Part shown: positions 24,925-35,341 of the stretch, in pieces | Layout: the number at the start of each line of letters is the position of its first letter | How positions within the stretch are numbered: position 1 is the first letter of the stretch | The notes under the pieces: model-generated | Told to the model about the DNA's origin: nothing | Seen by the model: the letters and a program-made list of their open reading frames with translations, nothing else | Databases searched by the model: none | Program-made: the position numbers and the translations under genes | DNA from: Moniliella sp. 'wahieum' | Taxonomy: Eukaryota | Assembly: GCA_003971905.1 (NCBI GenBank) | Contig: RSEE01000100.1 | Span: forward strand, 186,001 to 240,049 | Reading direction: 5' to 3' | DNA length: 54,049 nucleotides

Positions 24925-25276
24925 GGGGGGCAGGCGGGGGCGGGGGCGGGTGGGCGGGGGGGGAGGGGTAGATGTGCGGAGAGGAGACCAGGGCTGGGAG
25001 TGCTTGAAGCTTGACGCCGGCTGAACACAGGGTGGCTGTGTTCTCCACCCCTCAACCAAACCACGCCAACCACAGCAACACCCGCCAACACCGCCAACAC
25101 CCTCCCTCCACACGCGACCCTGCTTACCTAACCCTGAACATTTCAGCCTGCTCTTCTTCTTCAGCCCGAGCGCTGATCTCACCGATGACGCAGCCGAGGG
25201 TTGACGTTGACCCGCTTACCCGCCGCGTCTTTTTTCTTCGCTGCCTTCCGCCCGTCACGCAGTGCCGGTGGGAGCC

Positions 25277-26777
25277 ATGCTGCGGGCAAGCCAAGCGGTG
25301 TTCAAGGTGCGCAAGGGCGTCCCGCGCTTCATTGAGCGTCTGCGATCCGACCCCTTCGTGCGTGCGCGCGAGACGGGATGCAGCCCGGCCGGACCAAGCT
25401 GCCCGTTTGGGCCCCCCGACGCGCGAACCAAGAACAAATCCAAATCCAATCCAAAGCCGTCCAACACCCCGCTCGCTCCGCCTGCCCAGCGCAGCCCACA
25501 CGACGCGAACCAAACGGAACAAGGTCCTTCCTCTCCTTCCTCTCCTTCGTCCCGTCCCTTTAATCCCCCTCTCCATCTCGCCCGCCTCGCCATGGACGAC
25601 GTGACGTCCTGGCGGGCCCGATCGGCATTCAAGTTGATGGAGCTGCAACAAGGCACGCGGATGCTGGCCCCGCCGCTGAATGTGGGAGGTGGCGCAGGGT
25701 GGGCGCGGCGATTGACCGAGCTATCAAAGATGAGCGGGAGGTGCGGGTGGAGGCGGTGCATTGGCCCGGGGCGCGCCCTGCGGCGGACGCGGGGAGACGG
25801 GTGGTGCCTTGGATCCTGGTCGATCTCGGGGCTGCCCCGGGAGGATGGAGTCAAGTGTGTGCGAGGGCGTTGGCATGGTGGGAAAGCACACGCGCACGAA
25901 ACGTCAAGTTGGGCTGGCAGGTATTCGGGATTGACTTGTTGCCCGTGTCGGATTTGCCTGGCGCAGCGTTTCTCAAGGGAGACTTTTTGGCGCAAGACAC
26001 GCGCAAGCAGTTGCGTAATAAGATCTTGTCCGCCCTTCCTGCCCCTGACCCATGTGCTGAGGGAGTTCCCCCGCCGCTTTCCGTGCCGCTGCGTTGACAC
26101 CCAGTACGTCGGTGTTGAAAGACGCCAAGACGGGCGAAGTGTTGTCAGGGGGCTTGGTGGATGTGTGCTTGTCGGACATGCTGGGCAACATCTCAGGGGT
26201 CGATTCACGCGACGAGACGATTTCGATTGAGTTGGTGGATGCAGCGTTCCGATTTGCAAGGAGGACATTGCGGTGGCCACCACCCTTGCCGCACGACGCT
26301 CCGCTCAGTTCCAAGCCGCGACCGTGGGAAGAAGAAGAGGAGGAACGGTTCGAGCCTCCGCCTACTCGAGGCCATTGGGAAGAGGATATCGAGGAGGAAT
26401 CCGATCCCACACTCTCCACCGGGCACACGGCCAAGGAAGCAAACGAGGCTAGCGACGAAGGCAAGGGCAGCCGAGAGACCAAATCCATGCCCCGCATACC
26501 TAGGACGACGTACTTTGTGGCCAAGGTGTATCAAAGCAAGTTGTCCGAACACTACATCCAACAAGTGTTGCGACCCTTCTTTGACCGGCTGGTGATTGCT
26601 AAGCCTGAAGCGTCGCGGCCCGTATCGCGAGAACAGTTTATCGTTGCGTCGGGCTTTCGTGGGCCTCAGGCGGCCGATTATGGCGCGCTGCGCGAACGGT
26701 TTGCAGAAAATACGGTGTCTGAGGCACAGCTGTGTTCGGCTGCCTCGGCCCCATTCAACTATCATGCTGTACTTTAA
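25277..26777 (+). CDS. MRM2: FtsJ/RrmJ-family rRNA 2'-O-ribose methyltransferase, MRM2-like (probably mitochondrial)
   Basis: Motifs: DPFVRAR, WRARSAFKLMEL, VDLGAAPGGWSQV, GIDLL, LKGDF, VDVCLSDM, FVAKV, KPEASRPVSREQFIV. The K-D-K-E tetrad is intact. The basic N-terminus MLRASQAVFKVRK resembles a presequence. Confidence 0.9.
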
Positions 26778-27145
26778 TATACACCTCTACCATATCTACC
26801 CTCTTCGATAGCCACAGAAAACGGAGGTTCATCGTATTTTCCAACGTTAGGAGGATAACGAGCGTACCCGCTCAGCGGGCGGGGTATGGAGTTGGTCTCT
26901 TGGCCAGCTGGGGAGGGGAGATAAACAAAGGGTGCACAGGTCGCCATGTGCGGATTCTGACAAAACACCCAAAGCAGGAAGGGTGTCCAGCGAGCCATGT
27001 CCAAGGGGAGGAGGAAAAGCGAGAATCAACAAAGGACGACCGCGCGGGTGAGGCAAGGACCATCAAACACGGGTAGGTCATTGGGGAATTAGAGGCAAGC
27101 ACCAGGGCAAGAAGAACGACAAAAAGGCTGGGTCAAGAACAATTG

Positions 27146-29188
27146 TTAGGACTGAGTCTTTTCTTCTTGCTGGGCATTCAGCGGCATCACAGTGAAGTCA
27201 GCCTCGACTGTTAACCTCGTCTGCTGCTGGGGAAGCAGAGCCATCAGGTTCAGGGTTGAAGCAGAAGCAGAAGCAGACCCCGTCTTCTCCTCAGTTGGAG
27301 CAACAGGTACGGAAATTGTTGTGTCGGCTTGCTCATGTTCTTCCGAACTGGACTGGTCCCGAGGACGAGCAGGAGTACGGGGTAAAGTGGGCGGAGTAGC
27401 AACCGCTGGAGAGGAGGGAAAGCGGGTGTGATGGGCGTCCCGGCCTTTTCATCCTCCTCAGGCACAGTGGCGGGGGAGGTTTGCCTCTTCCTGCGGCACC
27501 CATCAAGCCCAACGAACTAAAGTTGACTCCAAGAGCGTGCGGTGCTGCCTGCCCTGGTACGCACGGGGGTTGGCGGCGGCGGCGCGCCTCCATGTCGAGA
27601 GGAAGGCGTGGGGGACATGCGTCGACGGGGATTTGGTATCGCCAAGCTCTTCGGACGGGACAGCCGTTGTAGCTCTTCGCCACATGGAGCCGAGTTTTGA
27701 AGACCAGGATTCAGTAGGTTGGTGGGTTGGCCTGCCATTTGACGGGTGCAACGTTGGAGCTTCATCTCCCGGTTCGAGGGAGGCAGTAGCATCCACAGGC
27801 AAGGGGGGCAGGTGCAAGCGCGTCCCGTCTTTCTGCCCGTTCCGATCGGACGAAGGCGTGGGCAGGGCAGGGTCGGACGGGGCCTGTTCGGGGGCAAAAG
27901 AGCAATGTACTCCTTGAGAGCTTTGAGACAAACATCAGATGCCCAACGGGCTTCCTTGACCTGATCCAATTCGTCTCGCGTGTTGCCCAATTCGATCCGA
28001 AGCCGTTCCAACTCAGCGCCCCGAGCGGTAAGTTGGGCTTGAAGACGCTCGGTTGTCAGAGTGGATAGGCCGGACGGTAGTCCATCTCCACCAAGCCCGC
28101 CTGTCACGCCTGTACCGAGCATACGGGATCGACGTCGAGCCACATCTGCCGCCTCCTCTACATCGGCAGCAGCACTGGATGAGAGGACAGCGCTTCCCGG
28201 GCGTGGACTGTGTGATGGGAGGAGGTGGTGCTGAGGGTCGGAGAACGGGGACGAACAGAGGGAGCAAAGCACTGAATCCGCTCACGCTGCTTGAGGTTCG
28301 GCGGTGCGCTTTGGCGGAGGTAATGCCAAGACCGACAGGAGGGGAAGCTTCACCCGAAGTGAGAGAGGAGGAGATGCACGCGTAGCAGGGGTGGTGACGG
28401 GCGAAGTGCCACTGATAGTAGGGGTAGTAGATCCGGAAACAGGACTGCCACTGCCAGCGGTCGGGGCGGTGGGTCCCACCCAGCAACGACAGATGCCGCA
28501 GCTTGCGGTCGGTCTGGGAGGATGCAGCGGTGGGGGGAGTAGGGACGTAGCCGGAGGACGTGACAGAAGAAGGCGTGCGCGCGTGGCCAGTGCGGCCGAA
28601 GTTGCGAGCGGCAGCCATGGAGATGGTGCCATTGGGGCCAAATGCAAGCGATGCGCGCTTGGAGGCGCGCTTTGCCCGGGCCTCTTTGGCCTCGGCAGCC
28701 GCTGCGTCGGGATCATCAACCAAAGAGGCTGCAGAGAGGGCGCCAGCAGACGTGAGAACTTGCTGCGAGCGGCGACGTTCAGCAATGGCCTTGCGCATGC
28801 TCTCCCCTTCCTGCTGAAGTTGCATGAATGCGCGGCGCGAGTCGGCCAGCCGCAGACGTAAGTCCCGCACGGTATCAGCCTCGGTCTCGGCCCGCCGCAC
28901 CGCCGCATCCCGCTCCTCACATACACGATCCAGCTGCGCACGCAGCAGGGCGAGCACTTGGTCCTGCTCCTGGCCGTCGTGCTGGGCAGCGGCTGCGAGC
29001 GCAGTATCATCGGCATCTTGGGCGGCGCGGCTGGCGAGGCGGTCATGGGCGAGGGTAGTGGCACTGAGGGTGCGGGCCTGCCAGGCGGCATGGACACGCA
29101 GCGCAGCAATGACGTGACGCAGCTCGTCGGGGCTGTCGCTGCTGTCTGCGTCGGGGGTGGGGAAGGGAGGAGCGTCGGCGGACGACAT
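27146..29188 (-). CDS. Hypothetical coiled-coil protein with low-complexity linkers
   Basis: Long minus-strand ORFs 28013-29269, 27517-28272 and 27503-27931 with heptad-like segments (LRAQLDRVCEERD...LRLRLADSRRAFMQLQQE; LERLRIELGNTRDELDQVKEARWASDVCLKALKEYI). The first ATG is MSSADAPP and the stop is placed after ...NAQQEEKTQS*. Confidence 0.75.
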
Positions 29189-30071
29189 GGGCGGGGAGGG
29201 CGTGGCCGAGGAGTAGCTGCACGCTGCGTTGCGTTCCAGAGGTGGTGTTTGCTCTGTCGAGGCAGCCACGGGGAGCAGCAGGGGGCGCCGCAGCCCGTCG
29301 GCCAGCCACGGCGCCTATCACGCATTGTGCGTCTGCATCATCCGCGCGTCACCGACTGAGAAAATACTCACCGGCCATCCGCATCCCACACCGCGTGGAG
29401 CAGGCGCCATTCCAGTGTGCCTTTTGGTTAGCGCACCGGCCCTGTGCCTCTGCACGCGAGCATTCGCCTCTGGGAGCCTCTCGCCTGCCTCTGCTTTTCC
29501 TTGCTCGTTTCAAATTTGCTTTTAGCTTTCACCGGTCACCGGTCACCTTCCGCTTAGACCTTCCATCTTTCATCTTCCCTCTGTCAAGTTGCGCATTTCA
29601 AATTGCGCATTTCACCCCCTCGCAGATCGCGCATCCACTGGCCTCTTGTCTTGTCTACAGGGAGACGGCGCTCCAGTCCGCCCCCACCCCACATCCGAGA
29701 TGGCTGACCCGCTCCGAGCCTCCCTGCCTGCTTTCTGCCCCCCAAGCATCGACCTGCACGTTATCGTCCCAACCTAGAGCCTACCCTATTATGTGTTAGG
29801 CATGCCAGGTCCAGAGAGCAGAAGCAAAAATGTCCGTGCGAATGATATTAGGACGTCGGCAGGGTGGTATGGCCAGCCAACACAGAACACCATATATACG
29901 CGTCTCTGAGGGCACTTCCCACCATTACCAACCAAAACGACCCAGGGAAGTCCCGGGGGAGGGGGGAAAAGAAAAAGACAGACAAGTCACAAATCAACAT
30001 CCTAGCTGCACAACATATCCATGCCCCGCCCCTCCTCCGGCGCACACCCAGCGTAGCAGCAGCCGTACGGA

Positions 30072-30572
30072 TCACAACCAGGGAGATACGGAACTGCATC
30101 TCGAGGTGGGCTTGCATGTCTTGAAGTAAGAAATGGGTAGGGCCAGTCCAGTGAAGCTGGAAACACCTACCACGTTGGAAGCAAAGCAAACTTTGCTCGG
30201 CTCAAACACTGACCGCACATCGCCCTCGACAGAATGGAACCACTTCCCAACATCCCGCTCGGCCACAGCCCCTGTCGCAGCCGCCGGAGCACGCTTGTGG
30301 AAGACGGAGGAAGCCTTGGACACGTCACCCTTAACGTCCGATCCGATCGACTTGAAAAGTCACCGATTCCGCGCTCTTGGCCAGCGGCGGTCGCCTGAGC
30401 CGGCGCAGCGTACGCTAATACGGCATTCAACCGTGCCGGTAGGTTAGATTCATCCGTCACCAGAGAAGCGCGAGCGCCAAGCAGGAAAAAGAAAGGAAAG
30501 AGAGGTCAGAGAGAGTTGCAACGTACCGGCCGACGCGCCAAGGGCGAGGAAGGCGAGGATAGAGAGACGCAT
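30072..30572 (-). CDS. Small secreted protein, putative Kex2-processed two-repeat propeptide; 3' end uncertain
   Basis: Signal peptide MRLSILAFLALGASAAYA, split by an intron at 30526-30415 (GTACGT..CTAAC..TAG). Adding one T to the T4 run (plus strand 30355-30358) gives APAQATAAGQER-GIGDFFKSIGSDVKGDVSKASSVFH-KR-APAAATGAVAER-DVGKWFHSVEGDVR. Confidence 0.72.
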
Positions 30573-31381
30573 TGTAGTGTTGGGAGTACAACGGGGTAGG
30601 GGAGGGAGAGGTACTGAGTGTAAGGGAGATGAAAAGGTGGAGGTGAGAAGGGAAGAGGAGACGGCAACGCAGAGCGAGTGGAAAGAGGGGGAATTATAAG
30701 AGCGAAGCTCAACCCTAGCAGGCCCCAGGGCGGTTTCTTGTTCGTAACGCGTAACGTTCGCCCGAGGAGCCACAGATGGGCCGCTCTGGGTGCTCGCTCG
30801 CGTCGGGAGCGCAGGACGGGGGCAGTATGCAGACGGGCCAGCCACAGCCAGCGGCAGGTCTGATAGGTCTTGTAGCTGCCGCCCCCTCGGCCTCATGGGT
30901 GCATGGGGTAACTATCAGCACATCAGCACATCAGTCAGCCATGCGATCAGCGACGCGAGCGACGCCGGTGCTAGAACCGGGGGAGGCGTCTGATGCATGA
31001 TGTCCTTGCCCTGCCACACAGGATGGGCTGAAGCCGAGCGGGGGTGGGCGAGCGGGCGGTGAACCTGGGAGCGAGAGCTGGGGAAGCGCAAACGGGGCCA
31101 TGACGCAAATTGCGTCATATTTCACATATGAAAGTTTCATGTCAGTGCCTTAGGCCTTAGGCCTTACGGACCTTGTGGCGCCGATGCACCACTTCCTCTT
31201 GATCTAATGCTGCTTCTTGTTGGTGGCCACTGAGTGCCCGATTTCAAGCCGGCTGGGGGGAAGAAAACTATACACTTAACCGTTTTGAAGACCCCCGAGA
31301 CCCACAGGTTCCCGTGCAAGTCACCGGGACTAGTCCCTTGGTCACCTCAGAGGCGCCCTCAGACCACGCTCACTTGTACTA

Positions 31382-31428
31382 ACAGTTGAAGGTTGAACTT
31401 CAACGTTGAACGTTGAAGCTTGAACCTT
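31382..31428. repeat. 7-bp lattice array ACAGTT-g-AAGGTT-g-(AACTT-c)-AACGTT-g-AACGTT-g-AAGCTT-g-AACCTT
   Basis: Read directly. One unit is 1 nt short. The units at 31402, 31409, 31416 and 31423 are in exact register. Confidence 0.85.
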
Positions 31429-31802
31429 CTGGCTCCGACTAAGAACACTACATTCGTCTCATCGGTAGAGCTGAAGGTAGGAATGCCCATTTCGATCATC
31501 GATCATTGCACAAACAAACGCTGCGCCTATCAGGCCCTCAGGTGTAAGATGTAAGACTGCTCCATGTCTCTGCAGTCTAGGACAAGATTCGGAAGAATCA
31601 CATACAGGTGTGGCCGACGAAGACCTGGTAGCTCTCCGAGGTAAGTTTGGACGTTAGGTGCGGGGCACTGGGCGCTGGATTCAGTCGCCAAGGGTGGAGG
31701 AGGGGGGGGGGGTGGAAGGTACAAAAGATAGGCTCAAGCAGATTTTCGTAGTGTGGGAGAGCATCTACAGCGAAATGGAGCAGGGGCGAAAGGAAAGGAA
31801 AG

Positions 31803-31839
31803 GGAAAGCGGAAAGCGGAAAACGGAAAACGGAAAACGG
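31803..31839. repeat. Heptamer tandem (GGAAAGC)x2(GGAAAAC)x3 downstream of LAS17
   Basis: Read directly at 31803-31837. Confidence 0.9.
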
Positions 31840-32024
31840 TTGTTTTGGGAGCAAAGGGCCTGAAACGGGCGTGGGTACAGGAGGAAAGGGGGGGGGGACA
31901 AGCTAGACCAAAGGAAAGGAGAGGAATGGGAACGGAATCCTGAATCCTTGCAAAAAAAAAACACAGGCAGGGCACCAGTACCTCGACCTACCAAAGTTGG
32001 ATAGTTACCTAGCGATGGTACGGC

Positions 32025-33531
32025 TTACCAATCGTCTTCAGAATCCTCATCGTCCGAATCGCCCATTTGACCTTTACGTTGGTTCAACGCCTGAGCCAAA
32101 GCGTCTGCCAAGCGGCCGGGGACTCATCTCCGCCCCGGCAGCTGCGCCAGCGGCCACCCCAACCGCCCCACCCGCCGCAGCACCCGCTGCTACCCCACCA
32201 GCATTCGGGCCGGGTGTCTTCTTCAAATCGCGAATGGACTTGCCTTGAATACTGGCCAATAACGCGCTCCGCCCATCTTGCGGCGGCGGCAGGCTGGCTA
32301 GTGTGTTGCCGCCACCAGCCGCGGGTGCCGGGGGAGGCGGAGGCGGAGGCGGCGCGCCACCTGCTGGAGGCGGCGCGGTGGGGGCGGCGGTGCACCCCCC
32401 ATTGGAGGAGGCGGAGGAGGCGGTGGCGCTCCCCCAGTCGGGCTGGAGGCGGACGAGGCGGAGCAGGAGGACGCGAAGCTCCGCCGGCCCGGGACCCGGG
32501 TGGAGGTGGCGGTGGCGGGCGGTGCGGCACCTCGAGAGGCCTTCTTGCCTCCGCCCAGTGGAGGGACGGCGAGAGGCAGAGGGAGGGCAGGCGCAGGTGG
32601 AGCTGGTGGCGGCGGAGGCGCAGATTGAGCAGGTGCCGGGGGTGGGGCGGGGCAGCCGGAGCAGCGGGAGGGGGAGGGGGCATCGTCCTCGGGGCACGTG
32701 GGGCCGCAGGCGCCGGCGCAGGCGGCGGAGGAGGAGGGGACGGGGTATGGTACTGCACCGCTGGGACTGAAGCAGAGGCATGGTGGTCGTCCGAGTGGTG
32801 GGTGCGACTGGTGTGGGGCATCAAAGGGTTGCCCAGGAGCCCCTCCAGCTGCCCCCCCCCTGTCGTGGGTATGGTTGGCTGAGTTGGTACGGCTGTGGCC
32901 CCCCGTAGGTTCGAAAGCAACGATGGTTCCGACCCTCCCTTCTCACCCGATCCCGAGGAGCCGCCAGTCTTGATCACGAGTGCTTCGAGCATGTCGTGGA
33001 AATGTTCAGGGTGGCCCGCTGTGCTATTGGTGTGGGGGGCAGAGGCGCCGCGTCCGAACAGTTTCTTGAGCGTACTACCACCAGACGCCTTGGGCTTAGC
33101 TGAAAGGGGGTTAGTAGGAGAATGGTGAAGCGAGAAGGGGAAAAAAACGTACCATACTTTTGCTTGTTGCCAATCTTTTTGGCCAACACTGCAGCTTCGG
33201 CTTCGTCGGCAAAGGCAAGGCCGACGAAACACTCGTCGCCCTCGAACGTATGGAAAAAGGTGCGGTCCACATTGTAGACAAAGCCCTCGTACATCTCCTG
33301 TTCCCACACCACGCCGCGGGAACCCAAGTCGACGAGCTTGAGGTAGAAGGTGGAGCGGTCATAGTCACGCACAAAGGCAACAACGCCCTCCAAACCAGTG
33401 AAGTTCCAGGCGGCAGAGACCTGGGGCGGGGCAGCGTACAGACGGGCTACCGTGGCAGTCACGATCTTGGCGCCGTCTGAAGGCACCGCCGCCTTGACGC
33501 GGTTCTTTTCGGCAGTGGTAAGGGTGGGCAT
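32025..33531 (-). CDS. LAS17: WASP-family actin nucleation-promoting factor (WH1, proline-rich, WH2, acidic)
   Basis: WH1: KIVTATVARLY..VVWEQEMYEGFVYNVDRTFFHTFEGDECFVGLAFADEAEA. Poly-Pro region, then WH2 DGRSALLASIQGKSIRDLKKT, then an acidic end ...DSDDEDSEDDW*. Intron at 33152-33100. Confidence 0.95.
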
Positions 33532-33781
33532 GGATGGTGGATGCGGGTCCAGAAGGCGAGCGGCAACGCAAGCGCCGCCCTGGCTGCTTGCCTGCGGCGT
33601 GCTACGCAGCACCGCTCGCCAGCCCCGCGGGCGCAGGAGAAGGATGACATAAGACAGTGGCCCTGTGCGCCCAGCCCACGCAAACCCACTGGGCCATATG
33701 CAACCCTGAATCTACCTATCAGCGCAGCAGCCTTCGCAGGCCATGGCCGCGCTTGCAATTTCAAGCGCCCCGTCCCCGCTC

Positions 33782-33815
33782 ACATGTCACACGTCACGTG
33801 TCACGCGTCACGTCA
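33782..33815. repeat. 7-bp lattice array ACATGT-c-ACACGT-c-ACGTGT-c-ACGCGT-c-ACGTCA
   Basis: Units start at 33782, 33789, 33796, 33803 and 33810, about 250 nt upstream of the LAS17 ATG. Confidence 0.85.
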
Positions 33816-34714
33816 TCATGCATCATCGCGCATCGACGTCATCCTCACCGGCATCGGTCACACCTCTGTCACTGCATGTTTCTCTCGACTACTGTACCAT
33901 CCTTTGGATGGCCGCAGGCTAATGGGACAAAGCGACCGAAAAGCAGACCAGCCATAATCTCACCACCCTCTCCAGGTGCCACGAGTCGAAGTCCATGCAT
34001 CCAACGCTGTTACGCTGTCTTGATGGGAGAAAGGAAGCCACCTCCCTGTTGCCGGCATCCGCCACTCAGACTGAGGGTTGTTTTGGCAAAACTCAATCGA
34101 GAGAGAATGTGTACAGTCGGCGTGCGTGCGTATCGACATTGGGGCTGCTCCAAAGCAGATCTGGCCAGAGGTTGCATGGCTTTCCACTCTACAAAATCCT
34201 ATTGCCAAAGGTACGACCCATCATTTGATGAAGACTTTTTGTAATAGGTGCCATGTAGGCAAGTAGCTAGACGATGGGGGGGGTAAGCTCCCACAGCCAA
34301 TGTTAAACGTCAAACGTCAACAAACGTTAACGAGGAACCGTTTACAACGTTTAGTCCTTTCCCGGTCCTCCTCCGTAGCGCCACATGCACATCCTGCCAT
34401 CGAGCCGTCCTTCGGTCGGGGTTGGTGGTAACTAGGGCAACTCCGGTAACTGTGCCAGTGCCCCCTGGTGGCTCGTTTGCCAGGGGTTGATGAGCAGGCC
34501 GAGAAGGCCATTCGGAGCTTGGCGACACAGTCGTTCGGCTCGTTTGCGCGCACCTCGCTGCGCCGACGATGAGAATGTCAGTACTATCGTACTGATGAGT
34601 AAGTACTAAGTAGCACTGCGACGGCGTTGCTGCGACTTGCTCCCCATCCCGAGACGATAAGATGATGGATGGATCGGTGATGCGGCGTCGTTGGGGTCGG
34701 AGTTGGACTGGATG

Positions 34715-34769
34715 ATCGATGATCGTTGCGCAATGATTAATGACGCGTGATGCGTTATGCGTTACCGGA
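34715..34769. repeat. Longest 7-bp lattice array (8 units)
   Basis: ATCGAT g ATCGTT g CGCAAT g ATTAAT g ACGCGT g ATGCGT t ATGCGT t ACCGGA, with units at 34715 + 7n. Confidence 0.8.
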
Positions 34770-35341
34770 TTTCCGGTTAGGGGCTCGGCGCTCGGCCTTA
34801 GGCTTAGCTCAGCCTCGGGTGTGATGCATGTGAGGCCGAGGTACCTGCGTCGGCGTGGGGCCACAAATCGCCTGACAGGAACAGTTGATCGCTGCTGGAT
34901 CGCTTCGTCCAGCACGCCCCGCGCGCCGCGCTCGCGCCCAGTCTCGCGCCCTCTTCTGTTGCTCGTTGCGCACGTTGCGCTCGTCGCGCTCGTCGCCCCT
35001 TTCGTCACTTTTGCGATCTCAGGCCCTACCATCAACGTACCCTTCTGCTCGTCTGCGCCATCCCAACCCCCCCTACCCCCCCTGCCTACTACTTACTGTT
35101 GTACTGCGAGATAGCCACAACATTGAATGTCGTCCCACATCCTCCCATGTCAGAGCACCTGCCGTCCAACTCCGAAGACAGTACCCCGCACTCGACATAT
35201 TCTCCCGCCGTCTCGCTGCCTCTCCTCTTCTTTGTACCACCACCACTCCTGGCCGGCGGGTCGTTTTCTACATCTCCAACTGCACTTGCCTTGCACTTGC
35301 TCACCAACCCCCCTCTATCCCATCACTATTACCCCTGCAAC

